From positions 1 to 33,510 of the forward strand of contig CALHQT010000031.1 of assembly GCA_938038135.1 (NCBI GenBank): 33,510 bases of DNA, read 5' to 3'. A program made the position numbers and the translations under genes. The first letter of the stretch is position 1, and every line of letters begins with the position of its first letter. The DNA is from an uncultured Atopobium sp. (GTDB taxonomy: Bacteria; Actinomycetota; Coriobacteriia; Coriobacteriales; Atopobiaceae). A model generated the notes under the pieces. That model was not told where the DNA came from. It saw only the letters and a list, made by a program, of their open reading frames with translations, and did no database searches. Shown here piece by piece: positions 18,537 through 27,469 of this stretch.

Positions 18537-19505
18537 TTAGTTATGACAAAGCCCTGATATAACCTCGCAGAGATAGTTGATTTGCTCGTTCTCAAACTGA
18601 TTGATGCGCTCGTGGCCAAACTTGGGATATACACGCATCTCTTTCTGCCCCGTCAGGCGATTGTACAGCGCAAACGTTCCTTCAGTTGGAGCGCTCTGGT
18701 CCAGCAGAGCCGTGCCGATAAGCGCAGGCACACGCACCAGCTCTGCCGCGCACGCGCTGTCGAGAAGACCGACCGCGTCGATAGCTGCATCTGACTGCGG
18801 AGTGTCTCCGCACCCGACAACCGTGCGCAGGGTTGTTGCGTTGTCGGCAAAGAGCGGGTTCAGTGCCATGGTAACGCTCACTTCCTTGGGCAGAAGTGCC
18901 GCAGCGAACAACGCCTGCGAGCCGCCTAGACCTTCTCCCCAGGTGACGGTTGTGCGCCCGAGGAAGCGCGATGCAACCGCGGTAGTTACCAGTGCGTCAT
19001 CGATGAGCTGCTTGAGCGTGGAGGATGCGGCGTCATCTGGGTTGATGAGCGCGCGGGCAAGCTCCTCTGCCGTCAACGCTCCCCTCCAAGCGTCTTTGAG
19101 TGACGCTTCGCACGGGCGAGCCTCTAGGGCTACAACAGGCATGCCAAGCGCCGAGAAACGCAATAGGTGCAGCCAGCTACGCACTCCCCGACCAAGATCG
19201 GAGAAGAGCACCACCGCGGGCAGCTTTGCCGATGCGGGCAGCTCTACTGGAGCTAGCGGTTCTGCCACCGACACACCTGCTGGAAGAATGACGCGAGCAC
19301 GCAGCTGCGTCTGGTCAGTTGAGGTGAATGTGATGCGCTTAAACGTTGCCGCCTGGGTAGCAGACGGAAGCTCAACCACACTTTTTACCTGCGCATTTTG
19401 TGCAAACGTTACCGACGTCTCCCAAAATGATTCAAAGTTTGATGGTCTAAGCCACGCGCCGCGATAAGAACGGGCATCTTCAAGCCTTTGTGTTAAGCCC
19501 CTCAT
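18537..19505 (-). CDS. Divergent CE7/AXE1-family alpha/beta hydrolase, nucleophile Ser replaced by Gly
   Basis: RPSNFESFW, TALLDQSAP, YNRL, YPKFGHE; WGEGLGG at the GxSxG position; ATGA overlap with the upstream paralog. Confidence 0.8.
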   Translation of the reverse strand: MRGLTQRLEDARSYRGAWLRPSNFESFWETSVTFAQNAQVKSVVELPSATQAATFKRITFTSTDQTQLRARVILPAGVSVAEPLAPVELPASAKLPAVVLFSDLGRGVRSWLHLLRFSALGMPVVALEARPCEASLKDAWRGALTAEELARALINPDDAASSTLKQLIDDALVTTAVASRFLGRTTVTWGEGLGGSQALFAAALLPKEVSVTMALNPLFADNATTLRTVVGCGDTPQSDAAIDAVGLLDSACAAELVRVPALIGTALLDQSAPTEGTFALYNRLTGQKEMRVYPKFGHERINQFENEQINYLCEVISGLCHN

Positions 19506-20542
19506 GCTTTCACCTCGCCTTCTGCTTGAGCAGGAAATGACGAGTCCAACTCTTTAAGAGCTTGCTCTCCCTTGTCTGAGCAGAAGAAATCAATGATCTT
19601 ATCGTCAAAATCGCCAATCTCTTCATGCGCATATCCGGGATAAAGAAGATGTCTCTTTGGGCAGGTCAAGGCATTGTAAGCCGCAAACTGAGCCTCGGGA
19701 GGAACTACCGGATCATCAAGTCCGGTGCCAAAAAGCACAGGACAGGTAACCAGGCGTGCAAAATTAGCTGAATCAATATAGGCAAGCTTTGCAAAAACCT
19801 CATCAACGCGAGAACCATCTGCGTCAAACCAGCGGGAATAATAACGGATGCCCTCGTAGGCAACCTCATCAGCATTAAGCTCCCACACACACCTGAAATC
19901 AGTGAGGAAGGGATAAAGAATTGCTGCCCTATTAATCAGCTCTTGATTGAGTGCGCAGGTAGCAAGACCAATACCGCCTCCCTGCGAGGCGCCGTTGACA
20001 AAAACGCGATCTGTATCAATTCCTTCAAGCTGTCTAACAATTCTGCAGAGCAAGCGAATGTTCTGATACAGATGAACAAAGTAAAGGTCCTCTACAGGTC
20101 CATCCAGTCCAAGCACCAAGTGACCAGAGACGGTAGTGCTCTTGTACGAGCTTCCGTCCAAACTACGGCCACCCTGCCCAGGATTATCAAGCGCAATCAG
20201 CGAGCAGCCCAAGCCCAAAAATGAGCTCTGCTCAAACCAACTGCGAGAAGATCCTGGATAGCCATGAAACTGTAAAACAAGCGGAGTTTGTACATCTAAG
20301 GCAGTCTGTGGACGCAGGTACTTTGCGTAGACTTCTGCGCCATCAATACCCACAAACGTTAGGTCAAAAAAGTGAGCTGAAGCAGTTGACGTGACCTCTG
20401 TTGAAGGAACAATCTGCCAGCTTAAAGGAGCATTATCTGCTTCCTCCATACGTGCCTTCCAAAACGCCTCAAAATCTGGAGGATAGGGCGTCAGATCATG
20501 AGCTGCCTTCAATTCTGCAAGCTCAAGCGTTTCTTGGTGCAT
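19502..20542 (-). CDS. CE7/AXE1-family acetyl esterase (acetylxylan/cephalosporin-C deacetylase-like), candidate sialate O-acetylesterase
   Basis: PPDFEAFW, LQFHGYPG, PGQGG, GASQGG, GLDDPVVPPEAQFAAYN, YAHEE; GGTGGAG RBS before ATG 20542. Confidence 0.9.
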   Translation of the reverse strand: MHQETLELAELKAAHDLTPYPPDFEAFWKARMEEADNAPLSWQIVPSTEVTSTASAHFFDLTFVGIDGAEVYAKYLRPQTALDVQTPLVLQFHGYPGSSRSWFEQSSFLGLGCSLIALDNPGQGGRSLDGSSYKSTTVSGHLVLGLDGPVEDLYFVHLYQNIRLLCRIVRQLEGIDTDRVFVNGASQGGGIGLATCALNQELINRAAILYPFLTDFRCVWELNADEVAYEGIRYYSRWFDADGSRVDEVFAKLAYIDSANFARLVTCPVLFGTGLDDPVVPPEAQFAAYNALTCPKRHLLYPGYAHEEIGDFDDKIIDFFCSDKGEQALKELDSSFPAQAEGEVKA

Positions 20543-20560
20543 TTCTCCACCTAACAAGCT

Positions 20561-20587
20561 AAAAGAGCGCAGCCTAAGCTGCGCTCT
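20561..20587 (-). terminator. Intrinsic terminator-like hairpin between the ABC importer and the esterases
   Basis: Minus strand AGAGCGCAGC-ttag-GCTGCGCTCT-TTT. Confidence 0.65.
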
Positions 20588-20609
20588 GGTCAAACAAAAA
20601 CAAAAAGCG

Positions 20610-21431
20610 CTACTCACCCAGTTTAGGATGAAGCAAAGATGGCGCAGCACCCAAAAGCGTCTTAGTGTAAGGATCTGTTGGATGCTCAAAGACCTGCTTA
20701 GCAGGACCATCTTCCATAATCTGGCCGTGATTCATAACAATAATGCGGTCAGAAACATAGCGGACAGTCTGAATATCGTGCGAAATAAAGATCATCGAGA
20801 GACCCAGCTCAGACTTGAGGTCTGTAAGCAAGTTCAAGATCTGTGCACGAACAGAAACGTCCAGTGCGGAAGTAGGCTCGTCAGCAATGATTGCCGATGG
20901 GTTCAGAGAAAGCGCACGTGCAATTGCAACACGCTGACGCTGACCACCAGAGAGCTGACCAGGAAGGGCGCGAAGTGCGGAATGTGGAAGTCCTACCAGA
21001 CTGACAAGCTCATTAATACGGGCTTCTCGCTCCTGCTCTGTTCCTACCTTATGTACCAGCAGTGGGTCCATAAGCTGATCTTTAACAATCATACGAGGGT
21101 TAAGAGCAGTTGCTGGGTCCTGGAAGACAACAGAGACAACGCGGCCAATCTGCTTTCTAAGCTCTGGAGTACGCTTGGTAACATCCATTCCCTTGAAGTA
21201 CACATGACCGGACGTTGGTGACTGAAGGCCACACATGACATTTGCGGTAGTGGACTTTCCGCAGCCAGACTCACCAACAATACCAATGGTCTCGCCAGGC
21301 ATAAGCTTGAGAGAAACATTCTGTACTGCGTGAACCTTATTAGGCTTAAAGATTGAGCCTGTACGCGTCTTAAACGTAACCGAAATATCATCGAGGAAGA
21401 TAATTGGCTGCTCTTCAGTTGTTGTAGCCAT
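20610..21431 (-). CDS. ABC transporter ATP-binding protein (sialic acid importer, NanF/SiaI-like)
   Basis: GESGCGKS, LSGGQRQR, ADEPTSALD. Confidence 0.9.
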   Translation of the reverse strand: MATTTEEQPIIFLDDISVTFKTRTGSIFKPNKVHAVQNVSLKLMPGETIGIVGESGCGKSTTANVMCGLQSPTSGHVYFKGMDVTKRTPELRKQIGRVVSVVFQDPATALNPRMIVKDQLMDPLLVHKVGTEQEREARINELVSLVGLPHSALRALPGQLSGGQRQRVAIARALSLNPSAIIADEPTSALDVSVRAQILNLLTDLKSELGLSMIFISHDIQTVRYVSDRIIVMNHGQIMEDGPAKQVFEHPTDPYTKTLLGAAPSLLHPKLGE

Positions 21432-23471
21432 TTACCTCACCTCCTTTTGAGAACGCTCAAGGTAAGGCACAAGACCATGCTCCTTCAGATACTCATCAGG
21501 CAGCTCGGAGAAACGATGGTGCTTACCAGGAATCTCCTTAATAACAGGATGCACCTCAAGACCCAGATCTGGGTGGCTTGAACGAGGAGCAAACCTATCG
21601 CCTGTTGGGAAGTCCTCTGGAGAAGGAACAGAACCTGGTACCTGGTGAAGTCTGGTACCATCCTGTGCGCCTTCCTCAATGGAAAGAACAGAGCCGAGAA
21701 GACCGCGGGTGTACTCGTGAACAGGATTGGTCAGAAGCTCAGTAGTAGCTGCCTGCTCAATAACCTGACCTGCGTACATAACGGTAATCTCAGAAGCAAC
21801 CTCTGCAACAAGTGCAAGGTCGTGGCTTACAAAAATCATTGCGAAGCCAAGACGACGCTGGAGGTCATTCAAGAGCTTGATGACCTGCTTCTGAACAGTA
21901 ACGTCCAGAGCGGTTGTTGGCTCGTCGCAAATAACCAGTGAAGGATCGCGGGTTAATGCCATAGCAATCAGAACACGCTGACGCTGACCACCAGAAAGCT
22001 CATGTGGATAAGACTCAAGCGTACGCTTTGGATCCAGGCCTACAAGCTCCAGAAGCTCCTCTGCAGAACGGGTTCCTCCCCTGCTAGTAAGCTGCTTCAT
22101 CTGAGAAGAGATAAGCATGGAAGGGTTCAGCGAAGACAGAGCATCCTGGTACACCATTGCAAGCTCGTGACCAAGCAGCTTGCGGTGCTCTTCTTTGGAG
22201 AGCTTCAGGAGGTCTTGGTCTTTGTAGAGGACCTCACCAGTGATGGTTTCCTTTGGATCAGTCAGACCCATGATAACCTTGGTAGTAATAGACTTGCCAC
22301 AGCCAGACTCGCCAACCAGTGCCATGCACTGACCAGGACGAACATCAAAGCTTACGTGGTCAACAACCTTAACGTCTCCATGAGACTCAAAGCTGATGCA
22401 AAGATCTTTAACACTGAGCAATGGGGCAACATCAAAGTCTGGCTTACGTCTGTCTGTTCTGGACAGCTCAACCTCTTTAAGTGCATTAAGTCTGCGCTCC
22501 AGGGACTCTGCCTGCTCTGCGTAGGCACGAACTGGATCAGATGCAAGAATGTCATCTGCACGTCTGGAGTCAGAGTTCTCTGTATCAACAGGAGCGCCAG
22601 GTGCTGCTGCCATAGCGTCAGTGAGGCCCTCAGAGAGGATATTCAGTGCCAGGCAGGTCATCATAATAGCCAGGCCTGGGAAGAATGCCTGCCACCAACG
22701 GCCAGCAAGAACGCCAGCACGAGCATCAGCCAGGATGTTACCCCATGTTGGAGTTGGCTCTGCAATACCTGCACCAATGAAGGTCAGGGATGCCTCAAAG
22801 ATGATTGCGTCTGCAACAAGCGTAACGGTAAAGACCATGATGGGAGCAATGCAGTTACGAAGAACATGCTTCCACAAAATCCAAGGTGCACGAGCACCAG
22901 AAACAATGGTTGCCCTTACGTAATCTTCGCCGTACTCGCTTACGATATTTGCGCGAACAATACGAGCAATCTGTGGCGTGTACATAAAGCCAATAGCAAA
23001 GATAATTGAAGGAACGCTGTTACCCAGAATAGAAACAAAGACTGCTGCAAGGGCAATGCCTGGGAACGACATGATGATGTCGAGCACACGCATGATGACC
23101 TCAGAGACAGCCTTTCTAGAAACAGCGGCAATAGCACCAATAATTGAGCCACACAGTAGCGCCATACCCGTAGCACCAAAACCAATGACCAGTGAATACT
23201 GACCACCATGGAGCATACGAGAAAGAATATCGCGGCCCTTATCGTCAGTACCAAAAATGAATCCATTGCCTGGAGCCTGACGAGCGTTGAAAATCTCAAG
23301 TGGGTTATGTGGAGCAATAAAGTTTGCAAAGACAGAAGCAAGAACAACAAAGACAAGAATGACAAGAGCAATCTTGGAAGCTGTCTTCATCTTCTTAAAG
23401 CCACCAAAGGTTGAACCCTTTGCAGCAGCTTCTTCGAGCTTCTCGACTTGTTTTTTTCTCATTTGTACCAT
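21432..23471 (-). CDS. ABC permease-ATPase fusion (NanD/SiaG-like)
   Basis: N-terminal permease (FGTDDKGRD, KHVLRN) plus C-terminal ATPase (GESGCGKS, LSGGQRQR); architecture typical of actinobacterial sialic-acid ABC systems. Confidence 0.88.
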   Translation of the reverse strand: MVQMRKKQVEKLEEAAAKGSTFGGFKKMKTASKIALVILVFVVLASVFANFIAPHNPLEIFNARQAPGNGFIFGTDDKGRDILSRMLHGGQYSLVIGFGATGMALLCGSIIGAIAAVSRKAVSEVIMRVLDIIMSFPGIALAAVFVSILGNSVPSIIFAIGFMYTPQIARIVRANIVSEYGEDYVRATIVSGARAPWILWKHVLRNCIAPIMVFTVTLVADAIIFEASLTFIGAGIAEPTPTWGNILADARAGVLAGRWWQAFFPGLAIMMTCLALNILSEGLTDAMAAAPGAPVDTENSDSRRADDILASDPVRAYAEQAESLERRLNALKEVELSRTDRRKPDFDVAPLLSVKDLCISFESHGDVKVVDHVSFDVRPGQCMALVGESGCGKSITTKVIMGLTDPKETITGEVLYKDQDLLKLSKEEHRKLLGHELAMVYQDALSSLNPSMLISSQMKQLTSRGGTRSAEELLELVGLDPKRTLESYPHELSGGQRQRVLIAMALTRDPSLVICDEPTTALDVTVQKQVIKLLNDLQRRLGFAMIFVSHDLALVAEVASEITVMYAGQVIEQAATTELLTNPVHEYTRGLLGSVLSIEEGAQDGTRLHQVPGSVPSPEDFPTGDRFAPRSSHPDLGLEVHPVIKEIPGKHHRFSELPDEYLKEHGLVPYLERSQKEVR

Positions 23472-23475
23472 CGCA

Positions 23476-24432
23476 CTACACCGTCCTAATGCGTGGGTTA
23501 ATCAAGATGTACAACATATCAACAACAATGTTGATGATGATGAAGGACAGTGCAACGACAACAACAACGCCCTGAACAAGCATTGCCTCGTTACCCTGGA
23601 TGCCCTCAAGAATTGCGGTACCCATGCCAGGAAGGTTAAAAATAACCTCAATAACAACGGCGCCACCCATGAGGTAACCAATCTTCAGGCCAAGTGTGGT
23701 TACAGGGGTAATAAGAGCGTTGCGAAGTACGTTTCTTGCGATGACGATTCTCTCTGGAATACCGGCGCCGCGAGCAGTGCGGACGTAGTCCTTATCCAGC
23801 TCCTCGACCATTGCGGTACGAACAATACGGGTCATCTGACCAGACATTGGAACCGCAAGTGCAAATGCCGGCATAATCATACGAGCAAAGTAGCCGACAA
23901 GATTTACCGTAGGATCTGGTAGTGCTCCAGAGGCTGGTAGCAGCTTAAGCGTAGACGCAAAGACCAGAATCAAAAGAACTGCCAACCAAAATGATGGCGT
24001 TGCAAGACCGGCAATTGAGAATACGCGGATGATTTGATCGGGCCATTGATCTCTATAGAGAGCCGCAATAACGCCCAACGTAAACGAAACTATTGCGCCA
24101 ATAAAGAGACCCATAAAGGTCAACTGCATAGTTACTGGCAGAGCCTTTGAAATTCTTTCAGCAACTGAATAGTGAGAAGTGCCGTAGGTACCCAAGTTTC
24201 CATGAGCAACATCACCGATATAGCGTACATATCTCACAGGCCATGGGTCATCAAGGCCATTCTCAATGTGATACTGCTGGATAGCTTCTTCAGAAGCAGA
24301 CTCTCCCAAGGCATTGTATGCAGGATCAACATGCGAGAAAGACATTAGGAAGAATACGAGAAAGGTGACGCCTAGAGCCATAATCGGCAGCGCAATAAGA
24401 CGGCGTCCGATAAGACGTAATAGGTTGTTCAC
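23476..24432 (-). CDS. ABC permease (NanC/SiaF-like)
   Basis: TPSFWL, DYVRTARGAG, EVIFNLPGMG, INPRIR. Confidence 0.9.
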   Translation of the reverse strand: MNNLLRLIGRRLIALPIMALGVTFLVFFLMSFSHVDPAYNALGESASEEAIQQYHIENGLDDPWPVRYVRYIGDVAHGNLGTYGTSHYSVAERISKALPVTMQLTFMGLFIGAIVSFTLGVIAALYRDQWPDQIIRVFSIAGLATPSFWLAVLLILVFASTLKLLPASGALPDPTVNLVGYFARMIMPAFALAVPMSGQMTRIVRTAMVEELDKDYVRTARGAGIPERIVIARNVLRNALITPVTTLGLKIGYLMGGAVVIEVIFNLPGMGTAILEGIQGNEAMLVQGVVVVVALSFIIINIVVDMLYILINPRIRTV

Positions 24433-24518
24433 TATCTCCCCCTCTCTCTTTAAAACAAACCGTACAAATAAAATTTGATGAGACTTTGTGCACCTCAGGA
24501 CTAAATTTTGAGCACAAG

Positions 24519-24549
24519 AGCCCGAGCGTTATAAGTAAAACGCTCGGGC
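24519..24549 (-). terminator. Stem-loop after the substrate-binding gene
   Basis: GCCCGAGCGTT-ataagtaa-AACGCTCGGGC. Confidence 0.7.
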
Positions 24550-24587
24550 CCCAATGTATGAGATGCTAAGCGCGTAACGACAACAAA

Positions 24588-26189
24588 TTAGCTAGCAGTA
24601 ACTGTGTTGACATCAATGAAGGACATACCGGTAGTTCCGATGCCCTTGAAGCCCTTGAGAGCAACGCCGTTGCTGTTTGGCTTCTCGCTCCAGGAAGCGG
24701 TGAAGGTCTTAGCAAAGAGAACTGGGTACAGAGGTACGTTCTCAGCGATGATGTCGAAGCACTCGTTCCAAGTGGACTGCTGATCAGCACCAGACTGGCC
24801 AAGAGCCTTGGTCATAAGATTGTGGAGCTTGGTCCACTCATCAGACTCCTTCCATGGGCAACGCTTGGTCATCCAGACGTTATCGCCATACCACCAGTTA
24901 AGCAGCAGGTCGACGTCTGCGCCGAAGCAGGAAGGATCGCCAGGGGCAAGCAGGATGTCCCAGGAACCGTCAACTGCGTCGATTGCAGCATAGGTTGCAG
25001 GAGAAGTATCGGAAACAATGCTTACGTTAAAGCCAAGTGCGTCAAGATCATTCTTGACCTGAGTTGCCATGGACTTAACCTGCTCGTTATCGGTGGTGCG
25101 GAGAACAACATCACCTGGAGTAATGCCAGAATCAGCAATGAGCTTCTTAGCCTTATCTACATCGTGTGCATAGACAGTAGATGCCTTGTGATAGTTAGCA
25201 AAGGAAGAAGGAAGGTAGCTGGTAGCAACCTCTGCCTGACCAGAAAATGCGTTTGCAAGCATCTTATCTGTATCAAGTGCATAGAGACATGCCTGGCGAA
25301 CCTTAACGTTATCCCAAGGAGCCTTGCCAAGGTTGAACATTGCAAAGCGGACACCAAAGCCCTGAACAGCGTCAACGGTGCAGCCTGCACCCTTGAGCTG
25401 GTCTACAGCGTCTGCAGGGACCATTTCCATAGCAAGGGTGGTTCCGTCCTGCTGTGCGGTCAGACGAGCGGTTGGATCCTTAAGGACGTCATAGTGGAGC
25501 TTCTCGTCCTTAGCAGGAGTTGCGCCGTTGTAGTTTTTGTTAGGAACAAGGTCAAGAGTGTTGTCAGAGATGGACTCATACATCCATGGACCAGAACCAA
25601 CTGGCTGCTTCTTCATCTCATCCTGGGAGCTGCTTGCTGGAACAACGCGAACAATGGACAGGCGCTCCTTGAGGAGGGAGAAGTTAGCAATGGTGGTCTT
25701 AACGGTGACAGTCTTGTCATCCTTCTTCTCTACGGAAGCAATTGGGGAAAGCATTGGGACGTAGACGCTACCCTTAGCAGCAGAACGGTTGAAGGACTCA
25801 ACAACGTCATCTGCCTTAACTTCATTACCATCAGAGAACTTTGCGCCGTCACGGAGGGTAATCTCAAAGGTGTAATCGTCAACCTTCTTAGGATCAGCAG
25901 TAGCAAGCTCATTGAAGGTGGAATAGTCGTGGAAGTTAAGACCATAGAGACCCTCAACTACCTGCCAGTTAACACCAAGGGCAAGTGCTGATGAAGTAGT
26001 AGATGGATCATAGTTCTGGGTTGAATAAGCGGTACCAGCAGTAATTGTGCCGCCGCCTTCCTTTCCAGATGGAGCTTCAGCTGCCTTCTGCTGTCCGCCA
26101 CCACAAGCGGTGAGACCAAGACCAGCTGCTACAGTTGCTCCGCCAAGGAAGCCGCGACGCGAAAGTGGACGGTTAATAAACTCGCTCAT
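24588..26189 (-). CDS. Family-5 ABC substrate-binding lipoprotein, probable sialic-acid binding (NanB/SiaE-like)
   Basis: SRRGFL, lipobox LTAC, LRDGAKFSDG, GSGPW, APGDPSCFG; first gene of the nan cluster. Confidence 0.85.
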   Translation of the reverse strand: MSEFINRPLSRRGFLGGATVAAGLGLTACGGGQQKAAEAPSGKEGGGTITAGTAYSTQNYDPSTTSSALALGVNWQVVEGLYGLNFHDYSTFNELATADPKKVDDYTFEITLRDGAKFSDGNEVKADDVVESFNRSAAKGSVYVPMLSPIASVEKKDDKTVTVKTTIANFSLLKERLSIVRVVPASSSQDEMKKQPVGSGPWMYESISDNTLDLVPNKNYNGATPAKDEKLHYDVLKDPTARLTAQQDGTTLAMEMVPADAVDQLKGAGCTVDAVQGFGVRFAMFNLGKAPWDNVKVRQACLYALDTDKMLANAFSGQAEVATSYLPSSFANYHKASTVYAHDVDKAKKLIADSGITPGDVVLRTTDNEQVKSMATQVKNDLDALGFNVSIVSDTSPATYAAIDAVDGSWDILLAPGDPSCFGADVDLLLNWWYGDNVWMTKRCPWKESDEWTKLHNLMTKALGQSGADQQSTWNECFDIIAENVPLYPVLFAKTFTASWSEKPNSNGVALKGFKGIGTTGMSFIDVNTVTAS

Positions 26190-26262
26190 TTCTGCCTCTT
26201 TCTAAAAACTCTCCTTGCCACAACGTGGCACCAATGCCACTTGTGTGGCTTACATCTACATA

Positions 26263-26292
26263 ACTATATGAAGAAAAGATATTTGTTCTGAA
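26263..26292 (-). promoter_or_regulatory. Putative sigma-70-type promoter of the nan cluster
   Basis: Minus strand TTCAGA-N18-TATAGT about 75 nt upstream of the ATG. Confidence 0.4.
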
Positions 26293-26397
26293 GACAGTTC
26301 GCCCAACGGTATTAATTTCTCGCTCATTGGCTGCTCAAAATATGAAAACGTGTTTTGTTGTATTATTTACTGCATATAAATCTTAATAGCAGATAAG

Positions 26398-26420
26398 AAG
26401 GCCCGCAGTTAGCGGGCTTT
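26398..26420. terminator. Hairpin/terminator upstream of the nan promoter
   Basis: AAGGCCCGC-agtta-GCGGGCTTT. Confidence 0.6.
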
Positions 26421-26552
26421 ACTATTATTTTACCTTGTATAATATATAAATTATTTAACTAACTACACAAGTAGTAAGCAAAGTCAACTACCGTTTACCG
26501 ATGTTTTACTACCGTTTGCCTTTAGAAATTACGGATATGTTGTGAAGATTAA

Positions 26553-26585
26553 ACAAGAGTCAGTCCAAAATGAACTGACTCTTGT
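26553..26585 (-). terminator. Terminator after the AT-rich orphan gene
   Basis: ACAAGAGTCAGT-ccaaaatga-ACTGACTCTTGT perfect 12-bp stem. Confidence 0.75.
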
Positions 26586-26611
26586 CTTAAAACAGCGAAA
26601 ACACCTCGAAA

Positions 26612-27259
26612 TTACTTAACTAAATCTACAACACGCTCAGGGTTCGCCATAAAATCTAGATGTTCTTCCCCTAAATGAGATTCGATTATCTCTGATACTT
26701 GTTCGTCATTTTTTTCAATGTCAAAATTTCCATCTGCTGGGCTATAACGTCCTAAATAGCCATCAGCTAGATAAGGTGGCGGCCATCCACTTAACCCTAC
26801 GCCACAAAAATTTCTAACTAGGCATCTATAATTTCTATTATGCATTTCTTGTAGCAGTCCAGCGTTCCTTGTTTGAATCCACATTTTTGGAGTTCCAAAA
26901 TAAGACCCAATGGCAAATAGCCCTAAATCTTGCTCAACTGTTCCAACAACCTTTTCTTGAGAGCTTATTACCCAATATAAATCTATATTCAATAAAAGTT
27001 GGTTAGCCTGACTGACTCCTAAAAATGGCCCAGAGATAGTAGCGGTCTCTAAGTCAATATTTTCTGCGGATCCAAAATCAGACTTAAGACCATTTCTCTT
27101 ATTCTCATATTGTTGCACAACATACTGAGCTGCCTGCTTTTTTAACTCTGGCAGTCTCATAGTATTCAGCTTAAAAAACCAGTTGTTAATCAGTAAGCCA
27201 CAAATAACAAGAACTACCAATAATGACAGACCTTTTATAAACCTTTTTCTACGCTTCAT
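26612..27259 (-). CDS. Hypothetical membrane-anchored or secreted protein, AT-rich
   Basis: 215-aa ORF, basic N-terminus plus hydrophobic helix, GAGGTG RBS, flanked by terminators. Confidence 0.8.
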   Translation of the reverse strand: MKRRKRFIKGLSLLVVLVICGLLINNWFFKLNTMRLPELKKQAAQYVVQQYENKRNGLKSDFGSAENIDLETATISGPFLGVSQANQLLLNIDLYWVISSQEKVVGTVEQDLGLFAIGSYFGTPKMWIQTRNAGLLQEMHNRNYRCLVRNFCGVGLSGWPPPYLADGYLGRYSPADGNFDIEKNDEQVSEIIESHLGEEHLDFMANPERVVDLVK

Positions 27260-27392
27260 CTGCTGTCACCTCATTAGAACTGCTTGTAGCAACTGAAGTA
27301 AAAGTAATAACTAGGTAGCTCTAATAATATTCTGTTCGAGTATGCTTTAACAGCTAATCTGTCGGCCAATGGTTATATTTCAGCGTTGAATG

Positions 27393-27441
27393 AAAAAAAA
27401 TAAGAATGGCATAACAACACTTCATAGCTGCCATTCTTATT
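27393..27441 (-). terminator. Intrinsic terminator closing the uvrA-ybaK-murJ-uvrC-orf unit
   Basis: AATAAGAATGGCA..TGCCATTCTTATT with a long T-run on the minus strand. Confidence 0.8.
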
Positions 27442-27469
27442 ACAAATAACTCTATTGTTTGATTTGATT

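Noticed and set aside
18601..19467. 288-aa plus-strand ORF opposite the second esterase
   Set aside because: Ser/Ala/Arg-rich shadow frame expected from high GC
20543..20710. 56-aa N-terminal extension of the first esterase in the ORF track
   Set aside because: Overlaps the ATPase gene and a hairpin; the RBS supports ATG 20542
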